Part shown: in pieces, positions 13,673 through 25,989 of the stretch | Numbering within the stretch: position 1 is the first letter of the stretch | Layout: each line of letters begins with the position of its first letter | Source: Camelus ferus | Lineage: Eukaryota | Length of the DNA: 64,000 nt | Direction: 5' to 3' | NCBI RefSeq assembly: GCF_009834535.1 | Contig: NC_045697.1 | Location: forward strand, 10,542,001 to 10,606,000 | Made by a program: the position numbers and the translations under genes | Notes under the pieces: generated by a model | What the model was told of the DNA's origin: nothing | Databases searched by the model: none | Seen by the model: the letters and a program-made list of their open reading frames with translations, nothing else

Positions 13673-14002
13673 ATGTTTGTTAATTGTGCAGAAAGTGCAT
13701 TGAACTGAAATCATCACTCTGACTCATTCAGCTCAAAGACTGGTCCTTAGTGCTCATATAAACATAGCTTTAGGGGTCATGGAAACATACAGAGGTCAAC
13801 AGCCTCTGGAAATCACATCTCAGGAAATGAATATAAAACAAATACCAAAACACAAAAGCAAAAATTACAAAATCTGTTTAAATAAACTGTTGCACTCTCA
13901 TAGCACAAATGTTCATCTTACAGGTAACCAGGAGATCTTTACAGCACATGGAAAAGTTTTGACATGGCGCCTCCTAGTGGGCTCTGTTCAATTTTGACTT
14001 CA

Positions 14003-14717
14003 TTAACATGAACTGCCCTGTATCATGGAGATGAAGAAATTGCAGAAAAAGCTCCAGGACTCCCCACAGTAGTCTAAAGCTATCTTCCTCTGGTTTACCA
14101 AGTCTGGGTCCTCCACACACTTGGAATAATTGGTGGCCGTGGTCTGAGTCTTTGCTGGGCTGGAAAGGGTGGTCTTTTCGACCTCACTCTGCTCTTCGGT
14201 AGAAGGCTTCATTAACTTCTGGCTGGATTTCTGGTTTCTAATCAGAGTGGAGTTCACCAGCTTGAGATTGGATTCTGGAAACTTCTTTCTGCACACCCTG
14301 GTCTTCAGGACGCTCTTGGAGTCCCCACAGATGATCTTTTGAGAGCGTAGGTTCCGGCCAATTTGTTTCCAATAGACGTTCTTTTGGTTTGACTCAAAGC
14401 ATGAGGTTGGATTGCCAGTGAAGAAACAGGAAAACTTATTGTCCTGCCGAGTGCACTCGACCTTCAGGGCAATGCCCTCCTCCTGCTCAGTCACCGCCCA
14501 TCTGCAGTTGGCGTGGTCTTGGGTAACAAACTTGCCTTTGGTCAGGTGCTTGGATGGCTGGCTTCTCGGCTCCGTCTGGGGCTTGCCCGGCGCATGCAAT
14601 TTATCTGTGCTGGCTTTACTGCCATGTCGTTTCTTTCTTTCTTTTTTCGGCCTCCACCGAGAGCACCAGAGCAGCCAGAAGGAGGAGGGAGAGAAGGGTG
14701 AGGCTCTGGACCCTCAT
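14003..14717 (-). CDS. FGFBP1: Fibroblast growth factor-binding protein 1, coding part of exon 2; frameshifted as assembled
   Basis: GCCATG at 14717 gives signal peptide MRVQSLTLLSLLLLAALVLSVEA; the downstream frame KGKFVTQDHANCRW...YWKQIGRNLRSQK...CGESWSFFCNFFISMIQGSSC* is clearly FGFBP1; span 715 nt (3n+1); acceptor cacag|G at 14737. Confidence 0.97.
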
Positions 14718-16144
14718 GGCTTCAGCTTGGTGGGAACCTGTGTGACAAAAGGCAGTGAGTCAGTGTCAGGCAGCGTTCTGCAGTGCTGGGCTGCAGGATG
14801 ACCCTCCCTCCACCCAGACCCGTGCCTGCCTGCAGAGGAGCGAGATCAAAGATCCTTCTCTTCCTGGAATTAATAAACAAGCAGTCTGTCTAATTATACT
14901 TCTGCTTGACTTGAATCTTGAATGTCAGCAAGTTCTTACTCTTCATTCATTCATCACCACTCTGAACATCCTTAACTCTCACTCCCTCAATCACTCACTG
15001 AATTACTGCACACTTGCTCACTCACTCCTGTGCTCATCACTCACTAAGCACTCATGGAGCTGCTTCTACTAGCTGTGCACTAGACTGGAAGTTGAATTCC
15101 TCAAGGTAAGTAAGAAAGTCTCATGTCTTAAAAACTTAGAGGCAACTCTCTGGGGACTCTGAATAACATGGACCAGGAGTCTATCCCAACTGTGTCCCCA
15201 GCTTGATCTTGGGCAAGTCTCTCTCCCATTCTGGGTCTCAGCTTCTTTATCTGGAAATCAAGATGGTGGGTGAGATCATCGTCAACCCTCTTCCAGCTCC
15301 AGCGTGCTGAATTTCTCTCTCACTGTTCGATGTGCACTCAGATGACCACACAATGATGAAGGACATGGTAAGTGACATGAAAGGTGATGTTTGACCCAAG
15401 GTTAGACATGCATGAAGTTTGGAGACTCTGAGATGGGGGATGGAGCGGGGCTTGGGAGGAGGGGTATTTGGGATTCAGTAAGAGCTAGGGAGAGTCATGC
15501 AAGAGGGGAAGTCACCAAACTTGACTGGGCAACGTGAACCAGGGTGGATAGGGGTGAATTTCCACCGGAGCCTTTAGACTTGTGGCACTGTGCTTGACAT
15601 ACAGAAAGCCCACAATCAGTGCTTTTCAAAAGTAATCATTGAACAAATAGGATGACCTTAATTGCTACACCAAACTGCATAGATTTTATCAGGTGGGCAA
15701 CAAAAACCACACTTGAAAGAAGAGAATTAGCATTTTAATTTGATACCTACTATGTGCTGAGCACTTGACCGGTATTTAATTCTTGTCTTGTTAATCCACA
15801 CAAGAGCCCTGCCTGGTAGGTAATAAAACATCACCCCCAGGTAACAGATATGACAGTTAAGGTTCAGAATGGCAAACAAATTGCTCAGTGTCCCCTGGTG
15901 GTCAAGTGACAAAGCTGGGACAGACAGCCAGAACTTCTCTCTCTGGTCCTGTACACCAGCCCTCATTGAAGACCTCTTGCCTTCACCTTACTCTGCCTTT
16001 CAGAAAACATTGGCAAGAAATAAAAAAGCAATTATGAAAAACTCAAGATTTGGTTTGGCTTAGTTCAGGGTGATAAGCTGATTATTATGATCAGTGCTCC
16101 ATTTTAAAAGAATACAGAATTTTGTTTAAAAAGAGGCAGGTCTC

Positions 16145-16395
16145 ACAAAGGGGAAAGGGCGGGGAGGGAAAATTAGGGGGTTGGGGATTAACAGACACAT
16201 GTTACTATACATAAAATAGATCAACGACAAGCACCTACTGTGTAGCACAGGGAACTACATTCAATATCTTGTAATAAACTACAATGGAAAAGAATCTGAA
16301 AAAGTATATATATCTGTGTAACTGAATCACTTTGCTGTACACCTGAAACTAACATTGTAAATCAACTACATTTCAATAAAAAAAACTTAAAAACA
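16145..16395 (+). mobile_element. L1 3' end fragment within the FGFBP1 intron
   Basis: ctactgtgtagcacagggaactacattcaatatcttgtaata...ttgtaaatcaactacatttcaataaaaaaa. Confidence 0.85.
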
Positions 16396-16665
16396 AAAGA
16401 GGTAGGAAGTGGCCCTGATCTCATTTCTACTCTTAGCACATGGCCTCCCTTCAGGATTGATACAGGATAGTCACCAAACGTGGGCTTCCGAAATGAAGGC
16501 TGGATGGGAGCCAGGCATATCAGATGAAGACCCACTCATTCCTCACGGCACTGGGACTCAGCGCCCACATGTCTCTGCTGGGGTCCAGACCCCAGGAACC
16601 TGAGGTCCTCATGGGAGCTGGGAGGGGGACAGGCAATGAAACTCTCTAGAGAGCTAGGCTCTTAC

Positions 16666-16740
16666 CTGGCTCTGAGTTTTCAGATCCAGTGTGATCCCAG
16701 ATGTAGGAGTGAGCTTGCAGGCTTACAGCTGTCTTGTCCA
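16666..16740 (-). other. FGFBP1: FGFBP1 non-coding exon 1 (TSS approximate)
   Basis: Donor CAG|gtaag at 16666/16665, ~95 nt downstream of the TATA box. Confidence 0.7.
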
Positions 16741-16759
16741 CAGTATGAGGCAGGGACGG

Positions 16760-16905
16760 CCTTTTATACAAGAGCCCAGATAGACAAGGGTTTTACAACT
16801 CACAAACCTGTGTAGCTTTACTCACACTCCTCCCAGCCACGCCCCTTCAGAGACAGCCATTTCCTGCAGGGAAAGTGGTTGATGTAATCTTGTGGGGGGC
16901 GGGGT
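16760..16905 (-). promoter_or_regulatory. FGFBP1: FGFBP1 proximal promoter: TATA, AP-1-like site, GC boxes
   Basis: TATAAAA at 16762-16768, TGAGTAA at 16818-16824, GGGGCGTGG at 16837-16845, GC box ~16895-16904; similar to the Sp1/AP-1/TATA layout described for the human gene. Confidence 0.78.
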
Positions 16906-18820
16906 GGGAGGGTGTTACATGTGTGGCATTAGACCAGGTTCTTCCAAGCCCTTTCCTTTCCCCCCAGCAGCCGGTTTAGGACAGCTCAGCCTTGTAAAGA
17001 CCCTCCTTGATTGGGTAAGGACCCCAGCAGCAAAGTCTTGGAGGGGAAGTTACAAACAATAAGCCCATTTTACCCAAAGCTCTCCCTTCATTCTCATCAC
17101 AGTCCCCTCCATGGTATGCGTAACCTATAATTCATCCCATTTTACAGATGGAATGTTGGAGCTTGGAGATACTCACGGCTTGTCCAAAGTCACAGGGTTA
17201 GGAGGATGAGAAGCCCAGAGTTTGAAGCCCCGACGCTTGGAGTCCACTATCTGATCTTTTCCTATCTGCTGCTCTCAATGAACATTCGATGAATGAAGGA
17301 CTGAGCTGGGGAAGCCATCTCGGTCTGTGAGTTCCTGTTTCCTGTGAAGCACCTGAAGTTACTGTGTGAGCAGAGGCATCCTTGGGCCCTGAGAGGTTAA
17401 TAAGGAGGAAATTCTTGATCTGGGTTTTTGATTTAAAAAAATTCACCTTCTGGCCACATGTGGGGGACCTCACTCTGGTCAGGCTTTTCTAGGCAGAGTC
17501 TGGTAGCAGAACGACCTACGTGGATGGAGCCCTGGATACAGCATCTGTTTGGCTGTGATCTTAACTTCTCTGAATTTCCATTTGCTCATCTCCTGATAGC
17601 TGACAACCACAGCCCCTCATGTAAGGCTTCATACTAAATTATAGGAGGCTGAGCTATTAACATGAAATGAAGCAGAACAGATTTGGTTCATAAGTTGTAT
17701 TCTTTAAAAATAGATACATTTTGTTTTCACATTGACCATATAAAAAGAACTCACTTCCATAAAGATGTAGATCTCTATAATTTGTTTCTTTACTTTTCAT
17801 GATGTTTGGGCACAAGAAATTTGTCGTTTTCCTTTTTGACTCAGTTGTAAGGAAAACAACAGCACATGTGTGATGATAAATGGCAACTGATCCTTGCCTC
17901 TGGGACAGGGACAGTGAGGCAATAAGGAGTGGTGGGGACTGTGGCAAACAGGGTAGTTCCTGATATCCAAATGTCAACACTCAGTGCCAGTTGACCAAAA
18001 ACAAGTTGGCATGAAGATCAGTATTTTCTGACCTAATGAATTTTTTTCACATATACAATTTTAAAAATAAAAATGGACATTTCATGAAATTTTAAGAGCT
18101 CCTCTGACATCTTGACTGTGTGTTTATAGAATTGGGTTGGTAGCTAATTGTAACTTTCAAAAACATTGTCCTGACCCACAATAAAGATACAAAAAGTTGT
18201 GACTGTGGATGGATTCCATTCAAGTTCCACCTGTTTGAGAATTCCAAGATCACAGAGCTCTGGGTAGTGACTGGTTCTCTCAGTGATTCAAAGGTTTTCT
18301 TCATGAATCGCATGGAAGGAGGCTATTTCCCCAGACTCCAAGCCCCATGTAAAGCTGGCTCACCCTAAGATCCAACCCTCTGTTCGCTTTATTGAACCAG
18401 CACAAACAGGCACTCACAATGTGGTATTTTGGGGGATTACTTGGACACAGGCAAGACAAAGCTGCTTTGTTTCACAAGGAAGTACAGATCGAGGTGGTCT
18501 CCTGCAAAATGAGAAATTCATCTTGATCCTAAAGTGGCAGCCAGATTCTTTCTGGAGAAAGACTATAGGTCAGAACACAAAGCAAAATTAGAAAAACAAA
18601 AACATGTGGACTCCGGGATCTTTTCTGAGAGATGTCTCCAAGCTCTGGCAGGGAGCAGGGAACTTTCTTCACTGGCTTCCCAGTGGACCCCCAGCTTTTC
18701 CTGTGACCCTGTGCCAACTTCTGCCTTGATCTTTCTTTTCCAAACAGGGGGAACAATCTTAGACCAGGCTGTGTAGTCTTTTTCCTCTTGGCTGAGCTTG
18801 TTATTTCAAACTCATTTCTA

Positions 18821-18821
<1 letters not shown>

Positions 18822-18867
<46 letters not shown>
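18822..18867. repeat. (CA)n microsatellite
   Basis: Direct observation. Confidence 0.95.
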
Positions 18868-18870
<3 letters not shown>

Positions 18871-19479
18871 GCCACTCATCCAGCATTTCCTGAATACCTG
18901 GTGAATTCTTCCCCTTCCTGCCTTTGCTACTGCTGTTCCCTTACTTGGAATGCCCTTCCAGTTCTACTTTGCCAGACACACAATGACTCATCCTTCAAGA
19001 TCCATCTCAAATGCCATCTCCTCTTTGTTGGTGTCCTTGGTCCCCTGAAGCTTCCCCATTGCCCGTTTTTCATGGACATCCATGGAGAGAAATAGACCGT
19101 CACTCCCAGTGTTCTAGCATCATGCTGAGGCTCTATCCACACACTAACTCACAGCTCGACGTGCTGAGAAAGCATACACCTGCACTGCTGTGCCCTGGGG
19201 AGCTGGACGGGGTTTGGAACCTCAGCAAGGCTGCTCTCAGCAGGTTCCATGACCCCCCCATACTCCCAGAACTGAGGGCTTCCCTGACTCCTGGAGAACA
19301 GACTCTGTAAAGGCTCATCAACTCTTTTTTTGCCAGATTTTGTGGTCCAGATGTGAAGCTGAGGCTAAGCATGTGCCTGGCATGTGATTAGGAAAGACTG
19401 AATGGAGGCCACTTCTAATACTTTCATGAAAAATGATGTACCCTTACTTTGATGAATTGTAAACTCTCTCTTTAATATA

Positions 19480-20680
19480 TACATTTTTAAATATTAGACT
19501 AGTATTAACTTTACAAAATATTGGCAAAGATAGTTTCCCTTGCCCTACCTCCAATCCAGGTTCCTCTGTTGTCAACCTTTTGCAAAATAATGCTACATTA
19601 ATAAAACTATTGAACCAATATTGATGTATTACTGCTAAAGTCCATATTTTGTTCAGCCCTCCTTACTTTTTACCTAGTGTTCTTTTTTTAAATCATCAAG
19701 AGACTTTATTTAATTGAAGTTTAGTTTATTCATAATGCTGTGTTAATTTCTGGTATACAGCATTGTGATTCAGTTACATGTATATATACTCTTTAATATT
19801 CTTATTCATTGGAGGCTATTACTGGATATTATTTTTAAGAGTGGTTTTTGGTTCCCAGCAACATTGAGTGGAAAGTGCAGAAAATTCCCATATCAACCCT
19901 GTCCTTCACAAACACTGTCAAGATTTTCCACCAGGGTGGTACAATCACAATAGCTGATGAACGTTTCTTGACACATTGTAATTACCCCAAGTCCATAGGT
20001 TTCATAATAGTTCCCTCTTGGGGCTGTATAATCCATGGGTTCTGACAAACATAATAACATGTTTCCACCATTATAGTGTCATCCAGAGGAGTTTCACTAC
20101 CCTAAAAATCCTCTGCGTCACACCTGCTCACCCCACCTCCCCTAACCACTGGAGATACCCAGTCTTTTTACTGGCTCCGTAGTTTTGCCTTTCACAAGTG
20201 TCATATAGTTGGAATCATACAGAACTTACTCTTTTCTGAATGGCCTTCATTCACTCAGTGATATGATTTTAAGTTTCCTTTGTTTCTTTTTGTGGTTTGA
20301 TAGCTCACTTCTTTTTAGCACTAAATAGCATTCCACCGGATGGACCACAGTTTATTTATCCATTCACCTCCTGATGGACATCTCAGATGCTCCATCATTT
20401 TTGTAACTATGAGAAAAGCTTCTATTAACATTTGCGTGCAGGCTTTGCTATGGACATATGTGTTCAATTCCTAATGATCTTTTCTGCCCAGGATTCTATC
20501 CAAGATTCCAAGTGACATTTAATAGACAAGACTCCTTAGGGTCCCCTTGGTTGTGACGGTTTTTCAAATGTTCCTTGTTTTTCATGACCTTGACAGTTTT
20601 CAGGAGTACGGTCAGGTGTTTTGAGAATGTGTTCCATCTGGAATTTCTCTGCTTTTTTCTCCTGATTAGATTGGGGATGT
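19480..20680 (-). mobile_element. Nested old L1M 3' fragments
   Basis: tcatatagttggaatcatacaga...ggaccacagtttatttatccattcacc; L1MB/MC-like motifs. Confidence 0.65.
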
Positions 20681-23419
20681 GTCATTCTCTTCACCAAAGA
20701 TTGAAATGATGGATGGCAGGTTTCCTTTGGGGGTTCCATAGAATGTCTGGACACAGCTAGTGACCACCCACAGCTAAGGCTGCATACGTGTCCTATGCAG
20801 TCTGGTCACTGATAGTTTTGAAGTTCAAAATCTGACTTTGCTCTCATGCATGTTGTACTGCCAGTGTGGTTCCCTGACCTAGAGGGCTGGCCCCTGTTTG
20901 TAAGTCACCAGTGGTTATCCAGTGGGTGAGGTTTTGCTCTCAGCTGAGTCTTAACTGTGCATTTTGCCAGGCCAAATTTGCTCAAAAACTAGCCACTCCT
21001 TCAAAAGTGACCTCACATACAGACAAAATGCTTATCACTGCATCAAAGCAGTATTAATTTTTCGGTCAAATTATGTACATTAAAAACATATTCATTGTCA
21101 GAAAATGAGGAAGTTGGCCAAATAAACATAAGCTAAAATCTAGTCTGGCAGAAAGCATCCATCTTAGACCTACAGAACAGTATTTGCTTTCCAAATTTAA
21201 AATGCTCATTAGCCATGAGGTTTCAGAATTCCTGTCCAGCAGATCAAATTGCTAATGCTTTACTTTAGAAAAATAAGAGACAGTGAAGAGTTGATGGTAC
21301 AGCACTTTGTATGAATGCAAATGGAAAGTATATTAATGTTTATTTCTCTTAAAGGAAGGCCCTATGTCACATCTCTTAACATTGAAACTATTTTGTTCGA
21401 AGCCATGTGCAATTCTTGGTTTTGATTCTGAATCCATCTAAAAAGTAATTCATAGTTTTTCTGCTAAAGTTAAACCAGATGAAATTGTTGTTTCTGGTAG
21501 GTAAACATGGTAGAATATCAGCAATTTTCGAATAGCTCGAACTAATAATAATATTTAGAGGGTTTTTCCCCAGGTATCTCAAAGCCTTATACATATATAT
21601 TTTTTAATTTTAGTGTTTTATAACAAACTCTTTATACAAGATAAGTTAATTGATTTTTTCTGGGTTTTTCATTTCGTTTTTAAAAAGAAATTGCTTTAAA
21701 ACATCTTAAACATCCTCTTAAACACCCTGAACACACGTACGTACACACACTGTCATGCAGGTGCGTCACAGATGGGGACACATTCCTTCGCACAGCTGCC
21801 ACCTCTGTATCTTGGGGCAGAAGGTCTTAGAGAGTTTCCCTTTGGAACTATTAGTCTCTAACCTGTGTCTCTAACCCTCAGCATCTTTGCTACAAAGAGT
21901 GTCTGTTGCTGTCCTAGGAATCTGAAAAGAGGAGAAGACAAGTTGCCCTTTGCGTTAATGCTGTGAGTCACCATGCACGCGGGCATTTGATTGGCTGCTT
22001 TTGTCACATGAAGAGGTGAAGACGTTTAGATGAAAGGCATCAGAAAACAGCTCTGAAAAGGCCTGTGGTGACTCCTGGGGCAAATGGTATCCATGCTCCA
22101 AGAGCTGCGGGCAGTTTCAGGGAAGAGAAGGGGTGCTGGGGGAACTGACACTGTTGATTCCAGCAAGAACAGGGCTGGCCTCTGCCAGACCTCATTCATC
22201 CTGTCACTCAGTCTGTCATTCTCCTGTCATTCTCTCATTCTTCCAGTTACCCAAAGAGCACTCATGAAGCACCTCAGGTCCCAGACTCTCTCTGTCATTG
22301 AATGAATTGCTGTCAAGAATGAGCTGGTACCCGTCCTCAAAGAGACGGCAGTAGGGGGTGAGAAAAGGCTACCGGTCATGACAATACAGTGGTCCACTGA
22401 AATGTTGGAGGGAAGGCTGGAACGCTCAGTGTGGGGACATCTGACCTAGCCAGAGGCAGAGAGAATTTCTCAATAGCCTTCTACTGGTTAGGTGACAACA
22501 CAATAGCTGGAGAGAAACAGTATCTATTCAGTCATTACTCAGTACCCACTCTGTGCCAAGTGCACTGTTAGTCACTGTGCGGGATGCAGGGTGAGAGAGC
22601 TTTGGCCCCTGCCTTCCAGACCACCAGCCTGGTCTACAGCTCACTCTCCAGTGACTGCTGTCATGGTGGCATCTCATTACATCTTAGCTTCAAGTCCCTG
22701 AGGCTTTTCATCTGCTTAGAGAAAAGGTCCAAATTTCTGAATCTGACCTAAGAAGTCCTTCCCTTCTCAATTCTAGCCAACTTCAAGGTCAACACCCTGC
22801 ACATCCTACACACATGTCCCTGGGCTCCAGCTGTATCCTCCCATCCACTTCTTCTCCTACACGTTGGACTGTTTCAGGACACGTTGCCTCTGTCAAACTG
22901 ATATTTTTGCCTAAAAGTCCATTTCACCCTTCTCTACCTGGCAGATTCTCTCTCTCCCTGACTCCCTGTGCCTACGGCAGAATTCGTTGCTCCTTCATCG
23001 GGTCTCATACGTTTTCACTGACTTCACCATGATTACAGCTGAGGGGTCGCCTTGTTTTGCTTCATTCATGTACTCGCCACCACCTGCATCCCAGGTAGTG
23101 ACATCTCTGGCCCAGAGCTCAAGCACAAAGCTTAGAAAGCACTTAGCCTAAACAACAAGTTTCTCCTGCACAGAGAACTACATTCAATACTGTAGTAACC
23201 TACAGTGGAAAAGACTATGAAAACGAATATATACATGTGTACATATGACTGAAACATTATGTTGTACACCAGAAATTGACACATTGTAGACTGACTGTAC
23301 TTCAATTTTAAAAAAATAAGTAAGCACTTAGCAAATATTTATTGGATTGAATTGGATTTTGTGTTTATCAAGATTATTCTGATTGTAATCATAATAAAAA
23401 AAAAACTAAAAACAATAGA

Positions 23420-24000
23420 AACAAAATTGGGAATTTGCAGGAAGTTTCTTATAACCCATGGAAGGCAAGGAGGATCGTGTAGGACCCCTGTCTCAAAATG
23501 TACCTTTGGAATTTTCATTTATGGAAGTTACTAAGTGACTCTGTGGAGTGTATAAAGCTACTGACAGAAGAGTTCAAAACTTACATTTTCCAAGGAAGAG
23601 CATCTGGCTTGTTTGTTTGGGAGGCAGAATTAAGAGAGGGGGAAGGAAAGCCTGGACCAGCGCCCTTACTGGGGCTTCCAAGGGCAAGGTGAAGCAGGGC
23701 ATAGTAAACAGCTTTGGACTGGTCAGTTTGAATAGCTCTAGAGGGATGTGGGGCCCAGGGGTATCCCTAGCTATCTGGCCCCTGGCCCTGGATGGACTGG
23801 GGGCAGGGAGTTATTGGTTTGATGTGTGAGAGCTGAATAAAGGAGGTGCTTACCTAGCAAATGAGAGGTATGCTCCCAAATAAGCTGCTGCTCTCATTCG
23901 GAATTAACTACCTCTGGAGGGGCAGTCTCTCCTCAAGTTTAGAAGATCCTGTAAAATAGCAAAGCATCATAAAATGCAGACTATAAAAAAAATAATGAAT
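23420..24000. mobile_element. Old LTR remnant (MER76-like)
   Basis: gggcaaggtgaagcagggcatagtaaacagctttggactggtcagtttgaatagc...ctggcccctggccctgg. Confidence 0.5.
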
Positions 24001-24726
24001 TCAATCCATCCTCTGATGTTTTGACACCAGACTAAGGAAATTTTGGTGTGATGATCATGGAGATTTTGGGGGAGTGAACCATAAGTTGCCCTCAACAGCT
24101 AAGAAAATATTTTGTTATGAAAGCAGAATGGAGAGTCACAAGTAGAGGTACATGGGATTCTTTCAGGCCAGCCCATAAGTAAGTTTTCTATTTATAAGGT
24201 GTAATCAAGAAATGAGATCTGGAATTTGCAGAGGTTTCCAACCATACCCTGGTGGAAATCATTAAAAGCAACAGTTTGCCAATAATGTCTTTGTGCACGT
24301 ATTTTGGTTCAAGGTGGCAGTTATGCTGTTGGAGGATATAAACTCACAAGTTAGTAAAGTATATGTAAAGATTGGTGGCGTCGTGTGTAACTAAGGGGAG
24401 GGACAGTTACGGTGGTCTCGTGGGAAATGCAAGAGTGGAGATTGTGGTGGGAAGCTGAGGTGGGGGTAGTAGGTAAAGGCACAGAGGAGTGGGTGGTCCT
24501 CTACCCAGGGGCTCGAGGAGGTTGACTGATATGAGGCAGGTGAGGTGTCTCCTGGGGAGAATGGCTCAGACAGTAGTACCCCTTCCCAGATTTCCCTTTA
24601 GGCAGGGAGTGTAGGTGTGTAGGTCTTGGCAGAGAGCAAGGAATGTCTACTCCAGCATCATGAGCTAAGCAGACAGTGAGCTCAGAAACACAACAGAATT
24701 TCTGACATTAAAAAAAAGAAGCAAAA

Positions 24727-25960
24727 ATGTCCTACGTCCAAGGTGAGGTCTTCAGCTGCCCCTACTTAAGGGGCAATGTCACTTGAGTTAATGTCATCTT
24801 CAGCAGTGAGGGCGTCACTAGTGGCGTCACCTAGGCCAGGGCGATGTCATTTGGGATGTGGGACTGGAGCATCCTTTCCAAGTGGACATCCCCTCCAACT
24901 GATGTGGCTCTAAGCACGTGCCATGTTTGGATGAAACAATGGCTTGTTTGGAGGGTTTGGGCCTCTGTATTACACACCAGTGAAAGCTCCTAGACCAGAA
25001 GCAATTAGAGCAACAGCCCACAGAGTGTGGTACTGCGGCACTGAGCTGGCTTTTGCTTTGGAGGAAAGTCTAGGTTCACATCCGTCCTATGTTGCACAGG
25101 CATCTGCTGGTCCTGGGATAACGTCTGGTTAATGGATTTCAGAAGAATCTGTGCCCTCGATCTGGCTGCCGGACGTCATCAGATGGGCTCAGGACAGAAA
25201 GTTTGTGAAACTGGATTAGGGCCTCGGGCAAAATAGAAACTCACCTGGAGGTTTCTTTGTTGGACTGGAATATGTAAACAAGTTCTTAGAGGAGACAGTC
25301 ACATGTCTCAGTTGCTCCAGGTTTCCCGGAACAATCCAGAACACGAGAGTTCTACTGAACGCCTCTTCCAAGCACTGTCTATTCTGAGAAGTGAAACGTG
25401 TGTCTTGGTTACTATGAGGAGTGTCTGTAACTTGGTTACTGTGAAGGTACAGGATGTCCTGGCCTTGTACCGTGGCCTTGGTACAGGTAGGGACGTGTGT
25501 GATTTTGATTGATATTTTGGGTATCTGTGAGACAAGAGATTCCCAGAGTTCTTTACTCTGAAGGGGAAAAGTTTAAGGCCATGGACCAAGAGTTTGTAAT
25601 AAATGTGGAAATGGGGCCCCTTACTGGCCAAAGCGTCCAGTGCTGGGATGACGGCACGGTGCTCGGTGGTGCTATTCGCGTGGTCTACCACTACCCATTG
25701 CTCTTCACTTAGTCACTCCCAAGGGGCTTCTCGGGTCACAAAGGTGACTGGGGGAGGGGTGACCTCCTCTAGCACTGAGACCTCTGGCCAGGGACAGAGG
25801 ACAGGGGAAGCCACCCGACTCCTGCAGCAGGAATATTCCAGAGAGCCTCAGTTTGCCTCCATCCTGTCTTGTGGGGTGCTGGTGGCATGACCCAAACCAT
25901 AACGTGCCAGTGGGCATGAAGGGTCACGGGCTCACGGGTCCAGCACAGCCCAGTAGGTAG
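24727..25960 (+). pseudogene. Endogenous bornavirus-like glycoprotein element (EBLG), decayed
   Basis: Colinear motifs versus BoDV-1 G (recalled): W/GLFGGF 24940-24958 (WGFFGSY); VWYC 25025-25036 (WFYC); LLNASSKHCLF*EVKR 25352-25399 (LCNSSSKIVSFDEFRR); RDSQ 25535-25546 (RDTQ); SLRP 25570-25581 (KLRP); P....ASGHE 25891-25920 (PQTSIASGHE); many stops and frameshifts. Confidence 0.8.
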
Positions 25961-25989
25961 CCAGTCATCTGTTGTGTTACTGGTGTACA

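Noticed and set aside
14003..14599. ORF-track 198-aa protein starting at 14599 as the FGFBP1 CDS
   Set aside because: It starts at TTG and lacks the signal peptide; the real ATG is 14717, separated by a frameshift.
25303..25512. ORF segment NLVTVKVQDVLAL resembling bornavirus L
   Set aside because: The overlapping frame gives a much better colinear match to G (NASSK...F*EVKR), so the L resemblance is coincidental.
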